This document shows, piece after piece, positions 13,401 to 27,540 of a stretch of 64,000 bases of DNA (the stretch's first letter is position 1; every line of letters begins with the position of its first letter). The notes beneath the pieces were generated by a model, which worked only from the letters and a program-made list of their open reading frames with translations, did not search any database and was not told the DNA's origin. Source of the DNA: Octopus sinensis (Eukaryota); NCBI RefSeq assembly GCF_006345805.1, contig NC_043025.1:11842001-11906000 (forward strand), given 5' to 3'. A program made the position numbers and the translations under genes.

Positions 13401-14115
13401 AATCCTTAATTTTAGCCCCTCCACCTACACATGAAAATATATCTGGGCCAGCTTACAACTAAAATCCTTAATTTTAGCCCCTCCACCTACACATGAAAAT
13501 ATATCTGGGCTAGCTTACAACTAAAATCCTTATTTTTAGCCCCTTCACCTACACATGAAAATATATCTGAGGCAGCTTACAACTAAAATCCTTATTTTTA
13601 GCCCCTTCACCTACACATGAAAATATATCTGGGCCAGCTTACAACTAAAATCCTTAATTTTAGCCCCTTCACCTACACATGAAAATATATCTGGGCCAGC
13701 TTACAACTAAAATCCTTAATTTTAGCCCCTTCACCTACACATGAAAATATATCTGGGCCAGCTTACAACTAAAATCCTTAATTTTAGCCCCTTCACCTAC
13801 ACATGAAAATATATCTGGCCCAGCTTACAACTAAAATCCTTAATTTTAGCCCCTTCACCTACACACGAAAATATATCTGGGCCAGCTTACAACTAAAATC
13901 CTTAATTTTAGCCCCTTCACCTACACACGAAAATATATCTGGCCCAGCTTACAACTAAAATCCTTAATTTTAGCCTCTTCACCTACACACGAAAATATAT
14001 CTGGGCCAGCTTACAACTAAAATCCTTATTTTTAGCCCCTTCACCTACACATGAAAATATATCTGAGCTAGCTTCTAGCTAAAATCCTTATTTTTAGCCC
14101 TTTCACCTACACATC
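13401..14115. repeat. 62-bp minisatellite, about 11.5 copies, in a CTSA intron
   Basis: Unit aatccttaattttagccccttcacctacacatgaaaatatatctgggccagcttacaactaa; starts at 13401, 13463, 13525. Confidence 0.95.
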
Positions 14116-14212
14116 TGCTCCCTTTTTATTCCACGATAAAGGACCTATCCTGAAATGTTGGGTCCCTCCTCTTTCGTTGTACAACTGACCCCTGTTTTTT
14201 TTACTCTTACAG

Positions 14213-14288
14213 CAATGTAGTCAGCGAACACTACAAACGAACTTACCGAACCATGTATTTACAATACCTGAAGGTCTTTGCGGCAAAG
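14213..14288 (+). CDS. CTSA: CTSA-like exon
   Basis: ttacag/gtaagt; (S)NVVSEHYKRTYRTMYLQYLKVFAAK; phase 2-0. Confidence 0.9.
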
Positions 14289-14329
14289 GTAAGTGTCTGT
14301 TAATATGTCGTTATTGAGTATATACAGGG

Positions 14330-14930
14330 GTGGAGGTGCAATGGCCCAGTGGTTAGGGCAGCGGACTCGCGGTCGTAGGATCGCGGTTTCGATCCCCAGA
14401 CCGGGCGTTGTGAGTGTTTATTGAGCGAAAACACCTAAAAGCTCCACGAGGCTCCGGCAAGGGGGTGGTGGTGATCCCTGCTGTACTCTTTCACCACAAC
14501 TTTCTCTCACTCTTACTTCCTGTTTCTGTTGTACCTGTGGAGGCGCAATGGCCCGGTGGTTAGGGCAGCGGACTCGCGGTCGTAGGATCGCGGTTTCGAT
14601 TCCCAGACCGGGCGTTGTGAGTGTTTATTGAGCGAAAACACCTAAAAGCTCCACGAGGCTCCGGCAGGGGATGGTGGCGATCCCTGCTGTACTCTTTCAC
14701 TACAACTTTCTCTCACCCTTACTTCCTGTTTCTGTTGTACCTGTATTTCAAAAGGGCCGGCCTTGTCACTCTCTGTGTCACGCTGAATATCCCCGAGAAC
14801 TACGTTAAGGGTACACGTGTCTGTGGAGTGCTCAGCCACTTACACGTTAATTTCACGAGCAGGCTGTTCCGTTGATTCGGATCAACCGGAACCATCATCG
14901 TCGTAACCGACGGAGTGCTAACATTCCATA
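14330..14930 (+). mobile_element. tRNA-derived SINE with duplicated head (ggaggcgcaatggcccagtggttagggcagcgg...)
   Basis: A-box and B-box-like motifs; copies at about 21525-21905 (+), 43900-44180 (-), 12815-13400. Confidence 0.75.
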
Positions 14931-15498
14931 TACAGGGTATACTCTTACTCTCTTTACTCTCTGACCTGTTTCAGTCATTTGACTGCGGCCATGCTGGAGC
15001 ACCGCCTTTAGTCGAGCAAATCAACCCCGGGACTTATTCTTTGTAAGCCCAGTACTTATTCTGTCGGTCTCTTATGCCGAACCGCTAAGTGACGGGGACG
15101 TAAACACACCAGCATCGGTTGTCAAGCAATGCTAGGGGGACAAACACAGACACACAAACACACACATAGATATATATACATATACATATATACGACAGGC
15201 TTCTTTCAGTTTCCGTCTACCAAATCCACTCACAAGGCATTGGTCGGCCCGGGGCTATAGCAGAAGACACTTGCCCAAGGTGCCACGCAGTGGGACTGAA
15301 CCCGGAACCATGTGGCCACTCCTACACCTAGAAAAACTACACGTTAATTTCACGAGCAGGCTGTTCTGTTGATCGGATCAACCGGGACCCTCGTCGTCGT
15401 AACCGACGGAGTGCTTCCCCTTCCCTTCCCATATATTCATGTAAAATATATTGTGTTGATGATATAAAGTGTATATAAAATATTTCTTGTATTTGCAG

Positions 15499-15585
15499 AA
15501 GAGAATCTTGTTATACAACGGTGATGTGGATATGGCCTGCAATTTCCTTGGAGATGAATGGTTCCTCAACTCCTTAAAACTAACA
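15499..15585 (+). CDS. CTSA: CTSA-like exon with the catalytic aspartate
   Basis: ttgcag/gtgagt; KRILLYNGDVDMACNFLGDEWFLNSLKLT (NGDVDMACN motif); phase 0-0. Confidence 0.95.
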
Positions 15586-16443
15586 GTGAGTATTTCACTT
15601 CAACTTTGAAAACAACCCCCAAATTTCTATCCCTGTACATGTCAATCATCATCATCATCGTTCAACGTCCGCTTTCCATGCTAGCATGGGTTGGACGATT
15701 TTGACTGAGGGCTGGCGAACCAGATGGCTGCACCAGGCTCAATCTTGATCTGGCAGAGTTTCTACGGTTGGATGCCCTTCCTAATGCCAACCACTCCGTG
15801 AGTGTAGTGGGTGCTTTTTACGTGCCACCTGCATAGGTGCCAGGGGAGGCTGGTAGCGGCCACAATTGGTTGGTGCTTTTTATGTGCCACCAGCATTGGT
15901 GCCAGGGGAGGCTGGCAGTGACCACGATCGGTTGGTACTTTTTATGTGCCACCGACTCGGAAGCCAGTCAAGGCGGAGCTGGCATCGGTCACAATTGGTT
16001 GGGGCTTTTTATGTGCCACCGGCACGGAAGCCAGTCAAGACAGAGCTGGCATCGGTCACGTTCGGATGGTGCTTTTTACGTGCCACCAGCATTGGTGCCA
16101 GGGGAGGCTGGCAGTGACCACGATCGGTTGGTACTTTTTATGTGCCACCGACACGGCCAGTCAAGGCGGAGCTGGCATCGGTCACAATTGGTTGGTACTT
16201 TTTATGTGCCACCGGCACGGAAGCCAGTCAAGGCGGAGCAGGTGTCGGTCACATTCAGATGGTGCTTTTTACGTGCCAGCAGCACAGGTGCCAGGGGAGG
16301 CCGGCAGCTTTCACGATCAGTTGGTGCTTTTTACGTGCCCCTATATGCCAAATATTAAAAGACTAATTACCAACACCTGTATGGTAATTGGTGCCAAACG
16401 AACTGTTCCTCTTCATTAATTAATTTCTCTTTTACCCATTCAG

Positions 16444-16548
16444 CTCGTTACCCCAAGAAAGGCTTGGCACTACACCAGCGACGATGGGTCCCAGCAAGTT
16501 GCCGGATATGTCAAACAGTTTCAGAATGTCACATTTGTGACAGTTAGG
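16444..16548 (+). CDS. CTSA: CTSA-like exon
   Basis: attcag/gtgagt; LVTPRKAWHYTSDDGSQQVAGYVKQFQNVTFVTVR; phase 0-0. Confidence 0.93.
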
Positions 16549-17272
16549 GTGAGTTTTCTTCTTTTGTTTGTTTTTAATCATGGAACTGCAGCCATTCCAA
16601 GGCATTGTCTTCAAGGGCTTTAGTCAAACATATTGAATTCAATTCTTAATTTTATATATATACTAGCAGTTTAGCCCGGCGTTGCTTGGGTTTGTAAGGG
16701 AAATAACTATATAAGCATTTTTAGAGAGTTACTTCCCTTATATAAACCGAGCGAAAATGCATTAAAAATGCAGAAAACTTATGGTACATTTTTTCTTAAA
16801 TCGTAGACTCATCATAGACACGTGCTAATACCCAGAAGGGCTCGATATGAATCACGACTATAAGATACCCGCTTTTGGTTAAACTGCACTGCAAAATGTG
16901 GGAGTAGTTAGGAATCTAAATCGGAGGAGACAGAGTCTCACACACACAACTTCAATTTTATATATAAAGATAATAATGAAATTACTGTATACAGTACTGA
17001 GGCGCACCACAACTTGTCAGAAAGTCGCAGTTAATCTTGAAATTTCGTAAAATCCATTATTTGCACTGTTTATAATTGTTTCGGTCATTTGACTGTGGCC
17101 ATGCTGGAGCACCGCTTTTAGTCGAGCAAATCGACCCCAGGACTTATTCTTTGGAAGCCCAGTACTTATTCTATCGGTCTCTTTTTGCCGAACCGCTAAG
17201 TGACGGGTACGTAAACACACCAGCATCGGTTGTCAAGCAACGCTAGGGGGACAAACACAGACATACAAACAT

Positions 17273-17317
<45 letters not shown>

Positions 17318-17844
17318 TACGACAGGCTTCTTTCAGTTTCTGTCTAGCAAATCCACTCACAAGGCTTTGGTCAGCCCGAGGCTATAGCAGAAGACACTTG
17401 CCCAAGATGCCACGCAGTGGGACTGAACCCGGAACCATGTGGTTGGTAAGCAAGCTACTTACCACACAGCCACTCCTGCACCTATAGTTTATAGTTACTA
17501 CATTCGCAAAAGATTCTTCCTGCTTAATATATTTCACTTTATATTTCCTCAAGTCAATACTTAGTCATTCAGCAAGACATTCAAGGATTTTTTGAGTTTT
17601 ATTTATAATAGCATTCGCAGCTTCTCAGAAATTTCTTGGCGATTTTCTAGGAGCACATGTGATCAGAGGCCGCCATATGGCATCTAAAATGTCCAAGTCT
17701 GGTACCTATTGTATTGGTATCTTTGTGCCACATTTTATGTTAAGCATACTTAAATAATTGGTGAACAAGGAAGAAGGTTTTTTTCATTACCGTTATGCAA
17801 TGCATTACGGTAATGAAAAAACCTTCTTCCTAGTTCACCAATAC

Positions 17845-18950
17845 AGCTTCAACCTTTTCGTTACCATATTTCTGCTGAGATGCTCTGTGTTTCTTTCAAT
17901 CATTTTTAAATCATCATCATCATCGTTTAACGTCCGCTTTCCATGCTAGCATGGGTTGGACGGTTCAACTGGGGTCTGGCAAGCCCGAAGGCTGCACCAG
18001 GCTCCAGTCAGATCTGGCAGTGTTTCTACAGCTGGATGCCCTTCCTAACGCCAACCACTCCGAGAGTGTAGTGGGTGATTTTATGTGCCACCGACACAGA
18101 TGCCAGACGAGGCTGGCGAACGGCCACGCTCGGATGGTGTTTTTTATGTGCCACCGGCACGGAGGCCAGTCAATGCGGTACTGGCTACGGCCACGTTCAG
18201 ATGGTTTTCGTATGTGCCACCGGCACTGGTACCACAAAATTACAAATTCCATTAATGTTCATCGAGATTGCTTTTGAAAAAATTTAGTAAAATAACTTAA
18301 TTATCATTAAAATAATGTTAGGAGCATAAATTGTGACTAAGGTTTGGTGGAAGATTTTAATTCAAAACTTATAGAAACAAGACATTTGTACTACAGAGCC
18401 AGAGGTGGTTTCAGCCAGGTTGGTATCAAAAGGGTTAAGAATTGTTTCTCTATTATATATTTTAACCCTTTTGTTACCATATTTCTGTTGAGATGCTCTG
18501 GGTTTCTTTCAATTAATTTAAATATAACAAAGAATTTAATAAAATAACTTAGTTATCATTCAGCTAGTGTTAGGAACATAAATTGTGACTATGGTTTAGG
18601 GGAAGATTTTAGTTCAAAACTTATGAAAGCAAGACATTTTACCACAGAGCCAGAGATGGTTTCAACCAGGTTGGTATCAAAAGGGTTAAGAATTGTTTCT
18701 CTATTATATATCTTAACCCTTTTGTTACCATATTTCTGTTGAGATGCTCTCTGTGTTTCTTTCAATTGATTTTAAATATAACAAAGAATTTAGTAAAATA
18801 ACTTAGTTATCATTCAGCTAGTGTTAGGAACATAAATTGTGACTAAAGTTTGGTGGAAGATTTTAATTTAAAACTTATGAAAATAAGAGATTTGTACTAC
18901 AGAGCCAGAAGTGGTTTCAGCGAGGTTGGTACCAAAAGGGTTAAGAATTG
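17845..18950. repeat. Reverse-orientation array of the same TTAA MITE plus spacer, first copy split by a SINE
   Basis: Reverse complement of the 41.7-43.8 kb unit including the spacer; SINE at about 17911-18255. Confidence 0.8.
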
Positions 18951-19136
18951 TTTATATATTAACTTTCAAATGATTTGTTATTTTCCTCAGAAAAAATGTA
19001 TTTTGACATAAAAATGATTTTAAAAAAAGGGGTTTTGCATGTTCAAACGATGCTTGTCTCTATTGTACAGTGTTGTATAGTGATCCCTAAAAAGGGTTTT
19101 CTGGTGTTTATATTTTGTTTTTCTCTTTCTTTCTAG

Positions 19137-19220
19137 GGAGCTGGTCACATGGTACCAACAGATAAACCAATTCCAGCATTTCTACTCTTCTCGCATTTCA
19201 TCAACAACAAACCATTTTAA
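19137..19220 (+). CDS. CTSA: CTSA-like terminal coding exon with the catalytic histidine
   Basis: ttctag acceptor; GAGHMVPTDKPIPAFLLFSHFINNKPF then TAA (GAGHMVP motif). Confidence 0.95.
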   Translation, partial: GAGHMVPTDKPIPAFLLFSHFINNKPF

Positions 19221-19313
19221 AATATGTATGAATAACGATATATCTTTCTCTTTTGAAGCTTTTAAATACCAAAATTGTGTGTGAATGCGTGTAAATGACT
19301 CGTATATGTATTG

Positions 19314-19420
<107 letters not shown>

Positions 19421-19591
19421 TGACATCATAAGAATTTTAAAACTTTCAAGACAATACGAGATAATTCTTTTTTGGGAATTGTCAAAAGTTATAAATATTA
19501 CCATCCAAATATTCAACATCCTCCATCCAAAAGGCTTTCTCAATCCAATATTTATATCTTTATGTGCTTCGAGATCCAGTTCCAAAGAAGG

Positions 19592-19628
<37 letters not shown>

Positions 19629-19634
19629 TATATC

Positions 19635-19714
<80 letters not shown>

Positions 19715-20310
19715 ACGATATAGTGTGTATATATATATATATATATATACACTATATCGTGTGTGTGTATATATATATATATATATACACTATATCGTGT
19801 GTATATATATATATATATACACTATATCGTGTGTATATATATATATATATATATACACTATATCGTGTGTATATATATATATATATACACTATATCGTGT
19901 GTGTATATTATATATATATTATATATATATACACTATATCGTGTGTATATATATATATATATATATCTATACACTATATCGTTTGTGTATATATATATAT
20001 ATTATATACACTATATCGTGTGTGTATATATATATATATATATACACTATATCGTGTGTGTATATATATATATATATATATACACGATATAGTTAAACGA
20101 TGATGATGATGATGATATATATATATACACACGATATAGTGTATATATATATATATATACACGATATAGTGTATATTTAAACACATAAGGAATCCACTTA
20201 TAGGAATTCAACACGCTAGAAAGAACAGCTAGGTTCTATAACCACAAAAATTAGGGATAAAATTCGACAGGAACAAATTGAAAAATGAAAAACATTTTAC
20301 CATCTAGTTT

Positions 20311-20382
20311 CCTGGACCAATTGCTTTCTGATTTTAGTTTAGCGAGTCAAGGAACTCGCTAGGTGTAATCTTCTTCAGCAGG
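20311..20382 (-). ncRNA. Type I hammerhead ribozyme motif inside an inverted-repeat element
   Basis: CCUG-CUGAAGA-A-GAUU...UAGCGAGU/ACUCGCUA...AAUC-A-GAAA-GCAAUUG-GUC-CAGG; one mismatch in helix III. Confidence 0.65.
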
Positions 20383-20696
20383 ACCGCCTAGGGTTAAACA
20401 TATACACATGGGACGATCAAAACTACTTGCCCTGGTCCAGGAAACTAGATGGTAAAATGTTTTTCATTTTTCAATTCGTTCCCGTCGAATTTTATCCCTA
20501 ATTTTTGTGGTTATAGAACCTAGCTGTTCTTTCTAGCGTGTAGAATCCCTATAAGTGGATTCCTTGTGTTTAAATATACACTATATCGTATGACTAATAT
20601 ATAGTCTTTTTGACTAAATTTTTTACACGTTAGACCACTGGAAATGTAAATTTTAATTAATTTCCATTTCCCTTTGATATGATTATATATATATTC

Positions 20697-20731
<35 letters not shown>

Positions 20732-21974
20732 TATAATGTATATGTATATATGTAAAGAGAGAACACAAATGGGTGAAGGTTCACTACAGCTGTTTCAAAC
20801 ATGTTTTTTTTATTGCATCAGTACATGCGGGCATGTTTGTACACAGTATATACAAGAGATGTGCAGGTTTCAACCCCAACTTGATGTCCTTAATGTTAAA
20901 ATACCTTGATTCAAATGAATCCTACAAATAATTATATAAATTGCAGAAATTGAAGAAAAAAAAACCCAACAAATATCTTACAAAGTATAGAATTTTCTCA
21001 ATAAAGCCAAGAGAAAAAGATGTTTTATAAACACATTCTACCAGTATACAAAGTTTAAAATTTTTTAGTTACCTAGAAATTATGTTAAAAACTGCCAGTC
21101 AAACCGAAAAGATCCCTGTTTATTAAACGAGGGACATATTCATACGGCACAGAATGTTGTTTACCTCAATAGATGTCATTGATTGGTTGAAATTGCAGAA
21201 ATTGAAGAGAAAAAAACCAACAAATATCTTACAAAGTATAGAATTTTCTCAATAAAGCCAAGAGAAAAAGATGTTTTATAAACACATTCTACCAGTATAC
21301 GAGGTTTAAAAGTGTTTAGTTACGTAGAAATTATGTTAAAAACTGCCGGTCAAACCGAAAAGATCTCCTGTTTGTATTAATCAACCACAGGTAATGGCTA
21401 CACATAATTTTCACTTCGTACACTTTTACATGACATTCACCCACAATACCTTTTACTTTGCATAAAATTTTCCCAAGTTCTTTCAGGAATTTTTTCGTTT
21501 GTAGACCTTCTCTTAGTTGAAAAAGTGGAGGCGCAATGGCCCAGTGGTTAGGGCAGTGGACTCGCGGTCATAGGATCGCGGTTTCGATTCCCAGAGCGGG
21601 CGTTGTGAGTGTTTATTGAGCGAAAACACCTAAAAGCTCCACAAGGCTCCGGCAGGGGATGGTGGTGATCCCTGCTGTACTCTTTCACCACAACTTTCTC
21701 TCACTCTTACTTCCTGTTTCTGTTGTACCTGTATTTCAAGGGGCCGGCCTTGTCACTCTCTGTGTCACGCTGAATATCCCCGAGAACTACATTAAGGGTG
21801 CATGTGTCTGTGGAGTGCTCAGCCACTTACACGTTAATTTCACGAGCAGGCTGTTCCGTTGATTCGGATCAACCGGAACCCTCGTCGGAACCGACAGAGA
21901 GCTTCCCTCCTTAGTCAAAAAATCTTTGAATTTTAGAGGGGTTTTTTTTCCAATTTCGGAATTCTGGATAAAGG

Positions 21975-22230
21975 GTTATCCACTGCATTGGAATTCTTTT
22001 AGTTTTCAGTCTTTACATTCTGGTTATCTCTATTTCCAGATCTTTATATTTGGATAATTTCGCTGTTTCGTTTAGAGAGACATTTTCGTTTGTTGGAACT
22101 GATGTTTTAGTTATGTAGGTATTCCTTTCCAATGCTTCTTGGTAACAATATCTGGCAAATTAGCCTTGATTTCTCTGTCTATACACATTGGTATATCACT
22201 CAAAATAGTTACTTTTCTCTCTTCTAAATT
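21975..22230 (-). mobile_element. Degenerate restriction-like endonuclease fragment of an R4/Dong-type LINE
   Basis: Hand translation gives ILSDIPMCIDREIKANLPDIV and, after a frameshift, SVPTNENVSLNETAKLSKYKDLEIEITRM*; stops and frameshift present. Confidence 0.6.
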
Positions 22231-22914
22231 AAAAGAAGGGGATTGATATAAGTTAAGTTAAGTTAATTTTTTGGTTCAAAAAGCAAAAAGCAAGGCCATG
22301 TAGGGGGACATGGAGTTATGTACAGGGTGGTGTTCATACAAAGAGTTCAGGCTATTTCTGGTCAAGAGAGACTCTTAACTGAGCGATCGTCGGCATCTTC
22401 ACTATCTCGTCAAGCAGCTTATTCATATCATCAACAGAGCACCAGACAAAATACCTTGTGGTATTACTCATATCCCTTTACACTTATTCTTAGTGCAGGT
22501 CATTTTTCTGGGGTCAATAAAGTGGCAGTCAAATACTAGACGTTCATGAAATCAAATAATTCTAACCCAGAAACACGTACGTAACTGACCGAAGACTTTG
22601 TTTTCCTTATTTTACCTTCTGTTTTACATATGTGAGTTACATGTATATGTTATATGTGGAGTTATATTTGTAGTAAAGATAAAGAAGCGGTCTTTGACTG
22701 CTATTTCTAATTTTTCGGTATGTGGCTAAGCAACCTGTTGCTTGCCCTTTTATTTATATATATATATATAATATATATATATATAGAACTTTTTAAACAA
22801 GTTCCTACCGACAATGGTTATATTTCCATACTGAAAATCTACCCGGAAATAATTGTTGATTTTAAAATTAATAATTATTTACCCTTATATTGTTAATATA
22901 TACGCATATATATA

Positions 22915-22945
22915 TTTATGGCCTTGTACTTACATATACATACAT

Positions 22946-23004
<59 letters not shown>

Positions 23005-23141
23005 ATATATATGGCCTTGTACTTATATAATATATACACATATATATATTATATATATATAGCCTTGTACTTAAATATATATATACACATATATATATAT
23101 ATATAATATATTATATATAGCCTTGTACTAAATATATATAT

Positions 23142-23179
<38 letters not shown>

Positions 23180-23473
23180 CCTTGTACTTAAATATATATA
23201 TACACATATATATATATATATGCCTTGTACTTATATATATATAGCCTTCTACTTAAATATATATATACACACACATATATATATATATGGCCTTGTACTT
23301 ATATATATATAGCCTTCTACTTAAATATATATATACACACATATATATATATATATATAGCCTTGTACTTAAATATATATATACACATATATATATATAT
23401 ATATAGCCTTGTACTTAAATATATATAACACATATATATATATATATATATAGCCTTGTACTTAAATATATAT

Positions 23474-23504
<31 letters not shown>

Positions 23505-24400
23505 GGCCTTGTACTTAAATATATATATACACACATATATATTATATATAATATAGCCTTGTACTTAAATATATATATACACATATATATATATATATGG
23601 CCTTGTACTATATATATATAGCCTTGTACTTAAATATATATATACACATATATATATATATAGGCCTTGTACTTATTATATATAGCCTTCTACTTAAATA
23701 TATATATACACACACATATATATATATTATATATGGCCTTGTACTATATATATATAGCCTTGTACTTAAATATATATATACACATATATATATATATATA
23801 GCCTTGTACTTAAATATATATATACACATATATATATATATATATAGCCTTGTACTTAAATATATATATACACATATATATATATATAGATATATATATA
23901 TATATAGCCTTGTACTTAAATATATATATACACACATATATATATATATATAGCCTTGTACTTAATATATATATACACACATATATATATATATAGCCTT
24001 GTACTTAAATATATATATACACATATATATATATATATGCCTTGTACTTATATATATATAGCCTTGTACTTAAATATATATATACACATATATATATATA
24101 TATGGCCTTGTACTTATATATATATAGCCTTCTACTTAAATATATATATACACACACATATATATATATATATGGCCTTGTACTTATATATATATAGCAT
24201 TCTACTTAAATATATATATACACACATATATATATATATATGGCCTTGTACTTATATATATATAGCCTTCTACTTAAATATATATATACACACACATATA
24301 TATATATATATATGGCCTTGTACTTATATATATATATATATATATATATAGCGTTGTACTTATATATACATATATATATGCACACATGTATATATGTGTG
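22915..24400. repeat. Compound (TA)n minisatellite with a gccttgtactta core
   Basis: Dozens of core copies separated by variable TA runs. Confidence 0.95.
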
Positions 24401-25036
24401 TGTGTGTGTGTGTTTGTCAATAAGCAATGATGTCAATGATGAGAACCAGCCCATAGCCTGTCACATGATCTCTTGTCTTATATTCACCATGTTTGAAATA
24501 CTGTGAGGAAATATTGAAATAATGGAAAGAGAAATCTAAATCGTTAGTGCAATAAAAATTAAATGAATTAATGAGTTAATGATTGAATCCCGGTTAATGA
24601 ATTAATTAGCGACTGTTGATCTTTTGTATGAATATTTTTAATTTGTTAAATAAAAATTTCTTAATTGAAATAAAATTTTTCTTTGTTTTTTTTGTTTATT
24701 TTTTCATTTTTTCACTTGTTACAATCATTGGACTGCGGCCATACTGAAGCACCACCTTGAAGGATATTAATCAAACGAATCTACCCCCAAATCTTATTTC
24801 GAAGTCTAGGGTAGATTTACTCTCTCTCTCTCTCTCTCTCTCTTTACTCTTTTTACTTGTTTCAGTCGTTTGACTGAGGCCATGCTGGAGCACCGCCTTT
24901 AGTCGAGCAACTCGACCCCGGGACTTATTCTTTTGTAAGCCCAGTACTTATTCTATCGGTCTCTTTTGCCGAACCGCTAAGTGACAGGGTCATAAACACA
25001 CCAGCATCGGTTGTCAAGCAATGCCAGGGGGGAAAA

Positions 25037-25093
<57 letters not shown>

Positions 25094-26276
25094 CATATAT
25101 ACGACGGGCTTCTTTCAGTTTCTGTCTACCAAATCCACTCACAAGGCATTGGTCAGCCCGAGGCTATAGCAGAAGACACTTGCCCAACGTGCCACACAGT
25201 GGGACTGAACCAGGAACCATGTGGTTGGTAGGCAAGCTACTTACCACACAGCCACTCCTGCGCCTATAAGTATAATAAAGAACATTGTCAATTTAATTTT
25301 TAAAATTCTATATGTGGCTGAAGAGTGCTCTGCATTTTAAAACTGATGTAATACTTACAGTGTTTAATTAAATGAAGGAGTGGCTGTGTGGTAAGTAGCT
25401 TGCTTACCAACCACATGGTTCCGGGTTCAGTCCCACTGCGTGACACCTTGGGCAAGTGTCTTCTGCTACAGCCTCGGGCTGACCAATGCCTTGTGAGTGG
25501 ATTTGGTAGACGGAAACTGAAAGAAGCCCGTTGTATATATGTATATATATATGTATGTGTGTGTGTGTTTGTCCCTCAAGCATTGCTTGACAACCGATGC
25601 TGGTGTGTTTATGTCCCCGTTACTTAGCGGTTCGGCAAAAAGAGACCGATAGAATAAGTACTGGGCTTACAAAAAAGAATAAGTACCGGGGTCGATTTGC
25701 TCGACTGAAAAGGGCGGTGCTCCAGCATGGCCGCAGTCAAATGACTGAAACAAGTAAAAGAGAGAGTACAGAGAGTACACATACATATAAAGGTATTTGA
25801 ATATATTCATGTCAACAAATGGCAGAATGAGGGCATCTTGGTGAGGTTGAGGTAGGAAGTATAAATAATTTAGCTAATTCGGTCAACCAGAAATGAAACT
25901 GACTGAAACTGTAGGTACATCTTAAATAAACCAGTTTTGTTTCTGGTTGACTGAAAATTTTAATTACAGACACACACACTCATTTATATATAGATGTGTA
26001 TGTGTGTATGGTTATGTACATTATACTCTTTTACTTGTTTCAGTCACTTGACTGCGGCCATGCTGGAGCACCGCCTTTTTTAGTCGAGCAAAATCAACCC
26101 CGGGACTTATTCTTTTTTCTAAGCCCAGTACTTATTCTATTGGTCTCTTTTGCCAAACAGCTAAGTGATGGGGAGGTAAACACACCAGCATCGGTTGTCA
26201 AGCAATGCTAGTGGGACAAACACAGTCACACAAACACACCACACACATGCACATACACAACATATATATATACACG

Positions 26277-26339
<63 letters not shown>

Positions 26340-27094
26340 AACACATATATATATTATATATATATATATATACATATATACGACAGGCTTCTTTCAGTTT
26401 CCGTCTACCAAATCCACTCACAAGGCATTGGTCGGCCCGGGGCTATAGCAGAAGACACTTGCCCAAGATGCCACGCTGTGGGACTGAACCCGGAGCCATG
26501 TGGTTGGTTAGCAAGCTACTTACCACACAGCCACTCCTGAGCCTATATATACACACACACACACACACACACATATACATATACATATATACGACGGGCT
26601 TCTTTCAGTTTCCGTCTACTAAATCCACTCACAAGGCATTGGTCGGCCCGGGGCTATAGCAGAAGACACTTGCCCAAGATGCCACGCTGTGGGACTGAAC
26701 CCGGAACCATGTGGTTGGTAGGCAAGCTACTTACCACACAGCCACTCTTGCGCCTATGTATATGTGTGTGTAATATGTCCATCATAAAACACACACACAC
26801 ACACACAGAGGCTTGACAAGACTAACAACCAATGCTTAGCAACATACACAAAAGAAACGGGGAAAAAATTGCCATTAAGAAACTTAGATTTCTTTCGATA
26901 AGAACACATCAATTAAAGCCATTCGTTAAAAAGGTTTCTCACAAACTCGTTAATTAATGAGTCCACAACAAAAGAGAAGATAATGACGAGCAGTGTTTTT
27001 TTGTTTTTTTTTTATTTGGTACAGGTGTAGCATGTCTGAATTAGCTTTAGTTAACACATGCATTTTTGGACTTCAAGATAGGCTCAGGCAATAG

Positions 27095-27540
27095 CGGCGA
27101 GCTGGCAGAAACGTTAGCATGCCGGGCGAAATGCTTAGCGGTATTTCGTCTGCCGTTACGTTCTGAGTTCAAATTCCGCCGAGGTCGACTTTGCCTTTCA
27201 TCCTTTCGGGGTCGATTAAATAACTACCAGTTACGCACTGGGGTCAATGTAATCAACTTAATCCATTTGTCTGTCCTTGTTTGTCCCCTCTATGTTTAGC
27301 CCCATTGTGGGTAATAAAGAAATAGGTATTTTGTCTGCCGTTACATTCTGAGTTCAAATTCCGCCAAGGTCAACTTTGCCTTTCATCCATTCGGGGTTGA
27401 TAAATTAAGTACCAGTTACGCACTGGGGTCGATGTAATCAACTTAATCCGTTTGTCTGTCCTTGTTTGCCCCCTCTGTGTTTAGCCCCTTGTGAGTAATA
27501 AAGAAATAGGTATTTCGTCTGCCGCTACGTTCTGAGTTCA
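27095..27540 (+). mobile_element. SINE family with ggcgagctggcagaaacgttagc head, partly tandem
   Basis: Copies at about 2330-2810, 3200-3410, 12275-12505, and reverse pieces at 11130-11880. Confidence 0.7.

Noticed and set aside
14330-14400. tRNA genes at SINE heads (also about 21527, 25380, 38060)
   Set aside because: A/B boxes are present but no complete cloverleaf, and they continue into SINE bodies.
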